Positions 23,580-36,100 of a stretch of 64,000 nt of DNA are shown piece by piece. The stretch is taken from assembly GCA_964016885.1 (NCBI GenBank), contig OZ024740.1, positions 8,866,001 through 8,930,000 of the forward strand, read 5' to 3'. The position numbers and the translations under genes are program-made. How positions within the stretch are numbered: position 1 is the stretch's first letter; each line of letters starts with the position of its first letter. The notes beneath the pieces were generated by a model. It worked only from the letters and a program-made list of their open reading frames with translations. It was not told the origin of the DNA and did no database searches. Source of the stretch: Eledone cirrhosa. Taxonomy: Eukaryota.

Positions 23580-26500
23580 ATGGATGGACGGACGGACTGC
23601 GGAAACCTGGAGAGTGGAAGGGAGAGAAAAATCTGGACGCCCAGAGCGAAAATGCCAAAGTTAAAGTCAAATTCACCTCGTGGACGAGAATGCGAGCACT
23701 CCTCTTTGTTTCGTCCGCGGATGGCTAACATAACCCTATCTCCTCCCGCCCCCCACCACCCCCACCCTCCAAACGCAACCCAAAACTTCAGAGTTGGTAC
23801 CATAAATGTAGGCACCCTAAAGGGTCGCGCTAACGAGGTTGTAGAAATGCTTGAACGTAAGGAGGTCGATGTTTGTTGTATTCAAGAGACCAGGTGGAGG
23901 GGTGGGTCTGCTAGATTCATTGAGGGTAAAAAACGATGTTATAAGCTTTTCTGGGTGGGAAACGACGATGGGCTGGGTGGAGTAGGAATCATGGTAGCAG
24001 AAAAGTGGGCAGATAAGATAATAGACGTAAATAGAGTGAACGACAGAATAATTAAAATAAGACTTGTCCTCAATAGAACTACGGTGACAGTAATATCTGC
24101 GTACGCACCCCAATCCGGACTGCCCGGCACTATAAAAGATAGATTCTATGAGACACTGTTGCTAACTACCTCCCAAATATCTGACAGTGACTATATAATT
24201 ATTGCAGGCGACCTAAATGGTCACGTTGGACAACATTGTGACGGCTACGACGAAATCCATGGAGGCTATGGGTTTGGTACTAGAAATGAGGAAGGCTCCA
24301 GAATTCTGGAATACTGTGATGCAAATAACCTAACTATCTGTAACACTAACTTCAAAAAACGTGACAATCACCTGATTACCTATAGATCCGGGGATCACAC
24401 AAGCCAGGTAGATTATATCCTTACCAGAAGACGTGACAGAGTGTCTGTTGTAAACACTAAATCCCTCCCCCATGAAGAATGCACCTCCCAACATAGACTG
24501 ATAATTAGCGACCTCACAGTCAGGACGAGACGTACCCGACAGCAGAAGAGGACTATCCTCAGGAGGAAAATATGGAAACTAAAGGACCCCACAGCCAGAA
24601 ATAAATTTCAAAGCATATTACTTGATGCTTTCGACAGTAAGGAAGAGCATCTAGAATCGGACAATATAGAGGGACAGTGGAAATTTCTGAAAGCAAACCT
24701 GCTGTTGGCGACAGACGAAGTCTGTGGCTGGAGCAGGCCTGTAGGCAGGAGGAGAGTAACATGGTGGTGGAACAATAGGGTGGAGGGGTCAATTAAGGCC
24801 AAAAAGCAGGCTTGGAAAGTATGGCGGGATGGGGGAAGTAGAGTAGACTATCAAGTGGCCAGGAGGGAAGCTAGGAGAGAAGTGTACTTAGCAAGAAGGG
24901 AAGCTGAGGAAAGAAAGTTCAAGCATGTTCTACAACGCGATGACCAAAAACGTGAGGTGTTCAGGATTGCCAGGCAATGCGTCAAGGAAAACCGTGATAT
25001 TGTCGGGGAGAAGTGTGTACTTAACGATGATGGCATACTTGCCATCACCGACACTGATAAGAAGGTAGCTTGGAAGTGTCACTATGAAAGGCTACTAAAT
25101 GAGGAGAATAAATGGGAGAAAGACAGTCTCCCCCATATCGACCCGATAGAGGGACCAGCAGTGTTAGTCGAGGGGAGTATAATAAGTAAGGCAATCAAGG
25201 ATATGAAGACTGGTAAGGCGGCTGGGCCTTCGGAAATAGTTGCTGAGATGCTGAAGGCATCTGGCACGGTGGGACACACCATGGTCACCCGCATAGTTAA
25301 CCAAGTCGTACAGAATGGGGTTGTTCCGAAGGACTGGCATAGCAGCATCATCGTTAACTGTTATAAGGGTAAAGGAGATGCCCTAGATAGGAGTAACTAT
25401 AGAGGCATTAAATTAATCGACCAGGTCATGAAGGTCACGGAAAAAGTAATAGCGCAACTAATCAGAGAGAGAATTGATCTAGATGAAATGCAGTTCGGGT
25501 TTGTGTCAGGCAAAAGCACCACAGACGCTCTTTTCATAGTACGACAACTACAGGAGAAGTACCTAGCTAAAGGTAAACCCCTCTACTTAGCTTTTGTCGA
25601 CCTGGAGAAAGCCTTCGACAGAGTCCCCCGCTCCATTATCTGGTGGGCTCTTAGAAAACTAGGCGTTGACGAATGGCTTGTGAGGGCTATACAAGCCATG
25701 TATAAAGAAACAGTCAGCAAGGTTAGAATTAACAACGAATATAGTGAAGAGTTTAGCGTAAAAGTTGGCATCCATCAGGGCTCTGTTCTCAGCCCCCTAC
25801 TATTTATTATTGCCCTTCAGGCTATAACAGAGGAGTTCAAGACAGGCTGCCCATGGGAACTCCTATACGCAGACGACCTGACACTCATAGCGGAATCAAT
25901 GGCCGAGCTAGAGAAGAAATTCCAAACATGGAAGCACGGCCTAGAGTCAAAAGGACTTAAAATTAACCTGGCTAAGACCAAAGTTCTAGTTTGTAGGAAA
26001 GAAAACAAGGCGGCGGTCCCTTCTGGGAAATGGTCGTGCTCGGTATGTAGGAAAGGCGTAGGTAGAAACTCCATCTTATGTCCTAAATGCAAAGTATGGG
26101 TGCATAAAAGATGTAGTGGGATCACAGGTAAGCTAACTAAGAACATAGACTTTACATGTGGCCGGTGTTCTGGTGCAATAAGTAGCAGCAAGTGCCCACA
26201 AAATACTAGCTCTTTCAATTGCGCAGAGGGTTCTATAGAAATAGTGGACAGCTTCCGTTACCTGGGCGATAAAATCAGCAGTGGGGGAGGGTGCTCTGAA
26301 AGTACTATAGCTAGAGTCAGAACTGGTTGGAAAAAGTTCAGAGAGCTTATACCACTATTAGCTGCTAAAGGGTTCTCCCTAAAAATGAAAGGCAGGTTGT
26401 ACGATGCCTGCATACGAACAGCAATGTTGCATGGTAGTGAGACCTGGGCATTGTGTGCAGAGGATATACGCAGACTAGAGAGGAACGAAGCTTGCATGCT

Positions 26501-26834
26501 CCGCTGGATGTGTAACAGTAATATACGTGAACGGCAAAGCATAAACGAACTAAGGAAAAAATTAGAGATAAGAGGGATCAGATGTTATTTACTCGAGAGA
26601 AGGCTGCGTTGGTATGGACACGTGATGCGCATGAAAGTCGATAGCTGTATTACAAAGTGCAGGGCAATAAAGATAGACGGTAGCCGCGGAATAGGCAGAC
26701 CTAGAAAAACATGGGATGAGCTGATAAACTCCGACCTCACACACTTACACCTCTCCAAGACAATGTCACTGGACCGTGACCTTTGGCGGTACTCAGTAAC
26801 AGAGAAGACCCGCCTTGCCAGTAGGCATCTCTAA
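23580..26834 (+). CDS. Family B polyprotein: APE-type endonuclease + reverse transcriptase with embedded PHD finger (intact; start uncertain, first in-frame ATG 23580, frame open from 23556)
   Basis: Same APE (VGTINVG, CIQETRW, SAYAPQ, GDLNGH, QVDYIL, SQH) and RT (NYRGIKL, QFGF, GIHQGSVLSPLLF, YADD) motifs; colinear with family A but clearly diverged. Confidence 0.95.
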   Translation: MDGRTDCGNLESGRERKIWTPRAKMPKLKSNSPRGRECEHSSLFRPRMANITLSPPAPHHPHPPNATQNFRVGTINVGTLKGRANEVVEMLERKEVDVCCIQETRWRGGSARFIEGKKRCYKLFWVGNDDGLGGVGIMVAEKWADKIIDVNRVNDRIIKIRLVLNRTTVTVISAYAPQSGLPGTIKDRFYETLLLTTSQISDSDYIIIAGDLNGHVGQHCDGYDEIHGGYGFGTRNEEGSRILEYCDANNLTICNTNFKKRDNHLITYRSGDHTSQVDYILTRRRDRVSVVNTKSLPHEECTSQHRLIISDLTVRTRRTRQQKRTILRRKIWKLKDPTARNKFQSILLDAFDSKEEHLESDNIEGQWKFLKANLLLATDEVCGWSRPVGRRRVTWWWNNRVEGSIKAKKQAWKVWRDGGSRVDYQVARREARREVYLARREAEERKFKHVLQRDDQKREVFRIARQCVKENRDIVGEKCVLNDDGILAITDTDKKVAWKCHYERLLNEENKWEKDSLPHIDPIEGPAVLVEGSIISKAIKDMKTGKAAGPSEIVAEMLKASGTVGHTMVTRIVNQVVQNGVVPKDWHSSIIVNCYKGKGDALDRSNYRGIKLIDQVMKVTEKVIAQLIRERIDLDEMQFGFVSGKSTTDALFIVRQLQEKYLAKGKPLYLAFVDLEKAFDRVPRSIIWWALRKLGVDEWLVRAIQAMYKETVSKVRINNEYSEEFSVKVGIHQGSVLSPLLFIIALQAITEEFKTGCPWELLYADDLTLIAESMAELEKKFQTWKHGLESKGLKINLAKTKVLVCRKENKAAVPSGKWSCSVCRKGVGRNSILCPKCKVWVHKRCSGITGKLTKNIDFTCGRCSGAISSSKCPQNTSSFNCAEGSIEIVDSFRYLGDKISSGGGCSESTIARVRTGWKKFRELIPLLAAKGFSLKMKGRLYDACIRTAMLHGSETWALCAEDIRRLERNEACMLRWMCNSNIRERQSINELRKKLEIRGIRCYLLERRLRWYGHVMRMKVDSCITKCRAIKIDGSRGIGRPRKTWDELINSDLTHLHLSKTMSLDRDLWRYSVTEKTRLASRHL
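26037..26168 (+). other. PHD-type zinc finger (C4HC3) inside family B RT region
   Basis: CSVC-x10-CPKC-KVWV-H-KR-C-x14-CGRC; all eight ligands conserved with family A. Confidence 0.85.
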
Positions 26835-27191
26835 CAAACTACACCCCGTCCCGCCACCACCCCCACCCCATCCACACCACCCCGTTCTATGTAAAGTTAT
26901 GTTGGTGCCGCGCCATCCAGGCCGAAACAAATGAGATCGTGTAGGTGTCACGACAAAAAAACACACAGTCCACGCTGTAATGTGGCCGTGTAGGCAACAC
27001 GGTAAAAACCTCCCAGACCCACACTGTAAATGTGGTTGGTGTTAGGAAGGGCATCCAACTGTAGAAAACCTGCCAGACAGTCCTATGCGAGCAAGACAAT
27101 CACTCTTGCCTCAAGTGGGACTACCCCCGTCCAAACCCATGCAAGCGTGGAACACGGACGTTAAACGTTGATGATGATGATGATGATGATG

Positions 27192-30100
27192 ATGTCACTT
27201 TCAATTGGTATATCAGTTTCGATTGATATGTCAGTTTTATTGGTATGTCAATTTCGATTGGTATATCAGTTCCGATTGGTATATCAGTTTCGATTGGTAT
27301 ATCAGTTTCTATTGGTATATCAGTTCCGATTGGTATATCAGTTTCAATTGGTATGTCAGTTTCTATTGGTATATCAGTTTCGATTGATATATCAGTTTCG
27401 ATTAGTATGTCAGTTTCTATTGGTATGTCAGTTTCTATTGGTATATCAATTTCGATTGGTATTTTAGTTTCGATTTGTATATCAGTTTCGATTCGTATGT
27501 CAATTTCGATTGGAATGTCAGTTTCGATTGGTATATCAGTTTCTATTGCTATATCAGTTTCGATTGGTATATCAGTTTCGATTGGCATATCAGTTTTGAT
27601 TGGTATATCAGTTTTTCGATTGGTATGTCAGTTTCTATTGGTATGTCAGTTTCTATTGGTATGTCAGTTTTATTGGTATGTCAATTTCGATTGGTATATC
27701 ACTTTCGATTGGTATGTCAGTTTCTATTTGTATATCAGTTTCTTTCGTATGTCAGTTTCGATTGGTATGTCAGTTTCTATTGGTATATCAGTTTTTATTG
27801 GTCTGTTAGATTCTATTGGTATGTCAGGTCCGATTGGTATGTTAGTCCGCGATTCGTACGTCAGTTTCTATTGGTATATCAATTTCGATTGGTATGTCAG
27901 TTTCTATTGGTCTGTCAGTTTCTATTGGTATATCAGTTTCGATTGGTATGTCAGTTTCGATTAGTATATCAGTTTCTATTGGTACGTCAGTTTCTATTGG
28001 TATATCAATTTCGATTGGTATATCAGTTTCTATTGGTATGTCAGTTTCGATTCGTATGTCAGTTTCTATTGGTATGTCAGTTTCGATTGGTATATCAGTT
28101 TCGATTGGTATATCAGTTTCTATTGGTATATCAGTTCCGATTGGTATATCAGTTTCAATTGGTATGTCAGTTTCTATTGGTATATCAGTTTCGATTGATA
28201 TATCAGTTTCGATTAGTATGTCAGTTTCTATTGGTATGTCAGTTTCTATTGGTATATCAATTTCGATTGGTATTTTAGTTTCGATTTGTATATCAGTTTC
28301 GATTCGTATGTCAATTTCGATTGGAATGTCAGTTTCGATTGGTATATCAGTTTCTATTGCTATATCAGTTTCGATTGGTATATCAGTTTCGATTGGCATA
28401 TCAGTTTTGATTGGTATATCAGTTTTTCGATTGGTATGTCAGTTTCTATTGGTATGTCAGTTTCTATTGGTATGTCAGTTTCTATTGGTATGTCAGTTTT
28501 ATTGGTATGTCAATTTCGATTGGTATATCACTTTCGATTGGTATGTCAGTTTCTATTTGTATATCAGTTTCTTTCGTATGTCAGTTTCGATTGGTATGTC
28601 AGTTTCTATTGGTATATCAGTTTTTATTGGTCTGTTAGATTCTATTGGTATGTCAGGTCCGATTGGTATGTTAGTCCGCGATTCGTACGTCAGTTTCTAT
28701 TGGTATATCAATTTCGATTGGTATGTCAGTTTCTATTGGTCTGTCAGTTTCTATTGGTATATCAGTTTCGATTGGTATGTCAGTTTCGATTAGTATATCA
28801 GTTTCTATTGGTACGTCAGTTTCTATTGGTATATCAATTTCGATTGGTATATCAGTTTCTATTGGTATGTCAGTTTCGATTCGTATGTCAGTTTCGATTG
28901 GTACATCAGTTTCGATTGGTAAGTCAGTTTCGATTTGTATGTCAATTTTGATTGGTATGTCAGTTTCGATTAGTATGTCAGTTTCTATTGGCATATCAGT
29001 TTCTATTGGTATGTCAGTTTTGATTGGTATGTCAGTTTCTATTGGTATATCAGTTTCGATTGGTATATCAGTTTCTATTGGTATATCAGTTCCGACTGGT
29101 ATATCAGTTTCGATTGGTATGTCAGTTTCGATTAGTATATCAGTTTCTATTGGTATGTCAGTTATGATTGGTATGTCAGTTTCTATTGGTATATCAGTTT
29201 CTATTGGTATATCAGTTTCTATTGGTATGTCAGTTTCTATTGGTATATCAGTTTCTATTGGTATGTCAGTTTCTATTGGTATATCAATTTCGATTGGTAT
29301 GTCAGTTTCGATTTGTATGTCAGTTTCGATTAGTATATCAGTTTCTATTGGTATGTCAGTTTCGATTGGTATGTTAGTCCTCGATGTGTATGTCAGTTTC
29401 TATTGGTATGTCACTTTCAATTGGTATATCAGTTTCGATTGATATGTCAGTTTTATTGGTATGTCAATTTCGATTGGTATATCAGTTTCGATTGGTATGT
29501 CAGTTTCTATTGGTATATCAGTTTTGATTGATATGTCAGTTTTATTGGTATGTCAATTTCGATTGGTATATCAGTTTCGATTGGTATGTCAGTTTCTATT
29601 GGTATATCAGTTTCGATTAGTATGTCAGTTTTGATAGTTATGTCAGTTTCTATTGGTATATCAGTTTTGATTGGTATATCAGTTTCTATTGGTATATCAG
29701 TTCCGATTGGTATGTCAGTTTCGATTGGTATATCAGTTTCTATTGGTATATCAGTTTCGATTGAGATACCAGTTTCGATTAGTATGTCAGTTTCTATTGG
29801 TATGTCAGTTTCGATTAGTATATCAGTTTCTATTGGTATGCCAGTTTCGATTGGTATGTCAGTTTCTATTGGTATATCAGTTTCGATTGGTATATCAGCT
29901 TCGATTGGTATATCAGTTTCGATTGGTATGTCAGTTTATATTGGTATGTCAGTTTCTATTGGTATGTCACTTTCAATTGGTATATCAGTTTCGATTGATA
30001 TGTCAGTTTTATTGGTATGTCAATTTCGATTGGTATATCAGTTTCGATTGGTATGTCAGTCTCTATTGGTATATCAGTTTTTATTTGTATGTCAGTTTCG

Positions 30101-33100
30101 ATTGGTATGTCAGTTTCTATTGGTATACCAGTTTTGATTGGTATGTTAGTTTCTATTGGTATGTCAGTTCCGATTGGTATGTTAGTCCTCGATTCGTATG
30201 TCAGTTTCTATTGGTATATAAATTTCGATTGGTAGGTCAGTTTCTATTGGTATATCAGTTTCTATTGGTATGTCAGTTTTGATTGGTATGTCAGTTTCTA
30301 TTGGTATATCAGTTTCGATTGTTATATCAGTTTCTATTGTTACATCAGTTCCGATTGGTATATCAGTTTCGATTAGTATATCAGTTTCTATTGGTATATC
30401 AGTCCCGATTGGTATATCAGTTTCGATTGGTATGTCAGTTTCTATTGGTATATCAGTCTCGATTGATATATCAGTTTCAATTAGTATGTCAGTTTCTATT
30501 GGTATGTCAGTTTCGATTAGTATATCAGTTTCTATTGGTATGCCAGTTTCGATTGGTATGTCAGTTTCTATTGGTATATCAGTTTCGATTGATATATCAG
30601 CTTCGATTGGTATATCAGTTTCGATTGGTATGTCAGTTTATATTGGTATGTCAGTTTCTATTGGTATGTCACTTTCAATTGGTATATCAGTTTCGATTGA
30701 TATGTCAGTTTTATTGGTATGTCAATTTCGATTGGTATATCAGTTTCGATTGGTATGCCACTCTCTATTGGTATATCAGTTTATATTTGTATGTCAGTTT
30801 CGATTGGTATGTCAGTTTCTATTGGTATACCAGTTTTGATTGGTATGTTAGTTTCTATTGGTATGTAAGTTACGATTGGTATGTTAGTCCCCGATTCGTA
30901 TGTCAGTTTCTATTGGTATATCAATTTCGATTGGTAGGTCAGTTTCTATTGGTATATCAGTTTCTATTGGTATGTCAGTTTTGATTGGTATGTCAGTTTC
31001 TATTGGTATATCAGTTTCGATTGTTATATCAGTTTCTATTGTTACATCAGTTCCGATTGGTATATCAGTTTCGATTAGTATATCAGTTTCTATTGGTATA
31101 TCAGTCCCGATTGGTATATCAGTTTCGATTGGTATGTCAGTTTCTATTGGTATATCAGTCTCGATTGATATATCAGTTTCAATTAGTATATCAGTTTCTA
31201 TTGGTATGTCAGTTTCGATTAGTATATCAGTTTCTATTGGTATATCAGTTTCGAGTGGTATGTCAGTTTCTAATGGTATATCAGTTTCGATTGGTATATC
31301 AGTTTCGATTGGTATATAAGTTGCGATTGGTATGTCAGTTTCTATTGGTATGTCAGTTTCTATTGGTATATCGATTTCGATTGGTAGGTCAGTTTCTATT
31401 GGTATGTCAGTTTCAATTTGTATGTCAGTTTGTATTGGTCTGTCAGTTTCTATTGGTATATCAGTTTCTATTTGTATGTCAGTTTCGATTGGTATGTCAG
31501 TTTCTATTGGTATATCAGTTTCGATTGGTAAGTTAGTTTCTATTGTTATGTCAGTTTCGATTAGTATATCACTTTCTATTGGCATGTCAGTTTCGATTTG
31601 TATGTCAGTTTCGATTGGTTTGTCAGTTTCTATTTGTATATCAGTTTCGATTGGTATGTCAGTTTTGATTGGTATGTCAGTTTCTATTATTATATCAGTT
31701 TCTATTGGTATGTGAGTTTAAATTGGTATTTCAGTTTCTATTGGTATATCAGTTCCGATTGGTATATCAGTTTCGATTGGTATATCAGTTTCTATTGGTA
31801 TATCAGTTCCGATTGGTATATCAGTTTCAATTGGTATGTCAGTTTCTATTGGTATATCAGTTTCGATTGATATATCAGTTTCGATTAGTATGTCAGTTTC
31901 TATTGGTATATCAATTTCGATTGGTATGTCAGTTTCTATTGGTATGTCAGTTTCTATTGGTATATCAATTTCGATTGGTATTTCAGTTTCGATTTGTATA
32001 TCAGTTTCGATTCGTATGTCAATTTCGATTGGTATGTCAGTTTCGATTGGTATATCAGTTTCTATTGCTATATCAGTTTCGATTGGTATATCAGTTTCGA
32101 TTGGCATATCAGTTTTGATTGGTATATCAGTTTTACGATTGGTATGTCAGTTTCTATTGGTATGTCAGTTTCTATTGGTATGTCAGTTTCGATTGGTATG
32201 TCAGTTTTATTGGTATGTCAATTTCGATTTGTATGTCAGTTTCGATTGGTATGTCAGTTTCTATTGGTATATCAATTTTTATTGGTATGTTAGATTCTAT
32301 TGGTATGTCAGGTCCGATTGGTATGTTAGTCCGCGATTCGTACGTCAGTTTCTATTGGTATATCAATTTCGATTGGTATGTCAGTTTCTATTGGTCTGTC
32401 AGTTTCTATTGGTATATCAGTTTCGATTGGTATGTCAGTTTCGATTAGTATATCAGTTTCTATTGGTATGTCAGTTTCTATTGGTATATCAATGTCGATT
32501 GGTATATCAGTTTCTATTGGTATGTCAGTTTCGATCCGTATGTCAGTTTCGATTGGTACATCAGTTTCGATTGGTAAGTCAGTTTCGATTTGTATGTCAG
32601 TTTCTATTGGCATATCAGTTTCTATTGGTATGTCAGTTTTGATTGGTATGTCAGTTTCTATTGGTATATCAGTTTCGATTGGTATATCAGTTTCTATTGG
32701 TATATCAGTTCCGACTGGTATATCAGTTTCGATTGGTATGTCAGTTTCGATTAGTATATCAGTTTCTATTGGTATGTCAGTTATGATTGGTATGTCAGTT
32801 TCTATTGGTATATCAGTTTCTATTGGTATATCAGTTTCTATTGGTATGTCAGTTTCTATTGGTATATCAGTTTCTATTGGTATGTCAGTTTCTATTGGTA
32901 TATCAATTTCGATTGGTATGTCAGTTTCGATTTGTATGTCAGTTTCGATTAGTATATCAGTTTCTATTGGTATGTCAGTTTCGATTGGTATGTTAGTCCT
33001 CGATGTGTATGTCAATTTCTATTGGTATATCAGTTTCGATTGGTATATCAGTTTCGATTGGTATATCAGTTTCGATTGGTATGTGAGTTTATATTGGTAT

Positions 33101-36100
33101 GTCAGTTTCTATTGGTATGTCACTTTCAATTGGTATATCAGTTTCGATTGATATGTCAGTTTTATTGGTATGTCAATATCGATTGGTATATCAGTTTCGA
33201 TTGGTATGTCAGTCTCTATTGGTATATCAGTTTATATTTGTATGTCAGTTTCGATTGGTATGTCAGTTTCTATTGGTATATCAGTTTTGATTGGTATGTT
33301 AGTTTCTATTGGTATGTCAGTTCCGATTGGTATGTTAGTCCTCGATTCGTATGTCAGTTTCTATTGGTATATCAATTTCGATTGGTATGTCAGTTTCTAT
33401 TTGTATGTCAGTTTCTATTGGTATATAAGTTTCGATTGGTATGTCAGTTTCGATTAGTATATCAGTTTCTATTGGTATGTCAGTTTTGATTGGTATGTTA
33501 GTTCTCGATTTGTATGTCAGTTTCTATTTGTATATCAGTTTCAATTGGTATATCAGTTTCGATTGGTATGTCAGTTTCGATTGGTATATCAGTTCCGAAT
33601 GTTATGTCAGTTTCGATTGGTATATCAGTTTCGATTGCTATGTTAGTTCTCGATTTGTATGTCAGTTTCTATTTGTATATCAGTTTCAATTGGTATGTCA
33701 GTTTCGATTGGTATATCAGTTTCGAATGTTATGTCAGTTTCGATTGGTATGTCATTTTCGATTGCTTTATAAGTTTCGATTGGTATGTCAGTATCGATTG
33801 TTATGTCAGTTTCTATTTGTATATCAGTTTCGACTGGTATGTTATTTTCGATTGGTATGTTAGTCCTCGATTTGTATGTCAGTTTCTATTGGTATATCAG
33901 TTTCGATTAGTATATCAGTTACTATTTGTATGTCAGTTTCTATTGGTATATCAGTTTCGATTGGTATGTCAGTTTCGATTCGTATGTAAGTTTCGATTGG
34001 TATATCAGTTTCGATTGGTATGTCAGTTTTGATTAGTATATCAGTTTCTATTGGTATGTCAGTTTCGATTTGTATATCAGTTTCGATTAGTATGTCAGTT
34101 TCTATTAGTATATCGGTTTCCATTAGTATATCAGTTTCGATTGGCATTTCAGTTTCTATGGGTATATCAGTTTCTATTTGTATGTCAGTTTCAATTGGTA
34201 TGTCAGTTTCTATTGGTATATCAGTTTCGATTGATATATCCGTTTCGATTAGTATGTCAGTTTCTATTGGTATGTCAGTTTCGATTAGTATATCAGTTTC
34301 TATTGGTATGTCAGTTTCGATTGGTATGTCAGTTTCTATTGTTATGTCAGTTTCGATTGGTATATCAGTTTAGATTGGTATATCAGTTTCGATTGGTATG
34401 TCAGTTTCTTTTATTATGTCAGTTCCAATTGGTATATCAGTTTCGATTGTTATGTAAGTTTTATTGGTATTTCAGTTTCGATTGGTATATCAGTTTCGAT
34501 TGGTATGTCAGTTTCGATTGGTATATCAGTTTCGATTGATATATCAGTTTCTATTGGTATATCGGTTTCCATTAGTATATCAGTTTCGATTGGTATTTCA
34601 GTTTCTATTGGTATATCAGTTTCGTTGATATATCAGTTTCGATTAGTATGTCAGTTTCTATTGGTATGTCAGTTTCGATTGGTATGTCAGTTTCTATTGT
34701 TATGTCAGTTTCGATTGGTATATCAGTTTAGATTGGTATATCAGTTTCGATTGGTATGTCAGTTTCTATTATTATGTCAGTTCCAATTGGTATATCAGTT
34801 TCGATTGTTATGTAAGTTTTATTGGTATTTCAGTTTCCATTGGTATATCAGTTTCGGTTGGTATATCAGTTTCGATTGGTATGTCAGTTTCTATTGGTAT
34901 ATCAGTTTCGATTGGTATGTCAGTTTCTATTGGTATGTCAATTTTGATTAGTATATGAGTTTCTATTGGTATATCAGTTTCGATTGATATATCAGTTTCG
35001 ATTAGTATGTCAGATTCTATTGGTATGTCAGTTTCGACTGGTATATCAGTTTCGATTGGTATATCAGTTTCGATTGGTATCTCCGTTTCGATTGGTATAT
35101 CAGTTTCGATTGGTATGTCAGTTTCGATTGGTATGTAAGTTTCGATTAGTATATCAGTTTCGAATGGTATGTCAGTTTCTATTTGTATGTCAATTTTGAT
35201 TAGTATATTAGTTTCTATTGGTATGTCAGTTTCGATTGGTATATCAGTTTCGAATGGTATGTCAGTTTCTATTGGTATGTCAGTTTCGATTAGTATATCA
35301 GTCTCGATTGCTATGTTAGTTCTCGATTTGTATGGCAGTTTCTATTTGTATACCAGTTTCGATTGGTATATCAGTTTCGATTGGTATGTCAGTCTCTATT
35401 GGTATATCAGTTTCGGTTGGTATGTCAGTTTCTATTTGTATGTCAATTTTGATTAGTATATTAGTTTCTATTGGTATGTCAGTTTCGATTGGTATATCAG
35501 TTTCGAATGGTATGTCAGTTTCTATTGGTATGTCAGTTTCGATTAGTATATCAGTCTCGATTGCTATGTTAGTTCTCGATTTGTATGGCAGTTTCTATTT
35601 GTATATCAGTTTCGATTGGTATGTCAGTTTCGATTGTTATGTCAGTTTCTATTGCTTTATCAGTTTCGATTAGTATGTCAGTTACGATTGTTATGTCAGA
35701 TTCTATTGGTATATCAGTTTCGATTGGTATGTCAGTTTCTATTGGTCTGTCAATTTTGATTAGTATATGAGTTTCTATTGGTATGTCAGTTTCAATTGGT
35801 ATATAAGTTTCGAATGGTATGTCAGTTTCGATTGGTATGTCAGTTTGGATAGGTATATCAGTTTCGATTGATATATCAGTTTCGATTAGTATGTCAGTTT
35901 TTATTGGTATGTCAGTTTCGATTATTATATCAGTTTCGATTGCTATGTTAGTTCTCGATTTGTATGTCAGTTTCTATTTGTATATCGGTTTCAATTTGTA
36001 TATCAGTTTCGATTAGTATATCAGTTTCTATTGTTATGTCAGGGTCTATTGGTATATAAGTTTCGATTGGTATGTCATTTTCGATTGCCTTATCAGTTTC

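Larger units (their letters stand above)
23236..27191 (+). mobile_element. Full-length RTE-type non-LTR retrotransposon, family B
   Basis: ~340-bp 5' UTR, intact APE-RT ORF, ~330-bp 3' UTR, (GAT)n tail ~27167-27191; apparent 5-bp TSD ATGTC (23231-23235 / 27192-27196). Confidence 0.95.

Noticed and set aside
23236-23720. HDV-like ribozyme at the element 5' end, known from some RTE elements
   Set aside because: I could not build the nested double-pseudoknot by eye in either 5' UTR; a descriptor search would be needed to exclude it.
18024-26834. Bacterial RT system (retron, DGR, group II intron, defence RT)
   Set aside because: N-terminal APE endonuclease, 5' truncations, 3' tandem-repeat tails and TSDs identify non-LTR retrotransposons.
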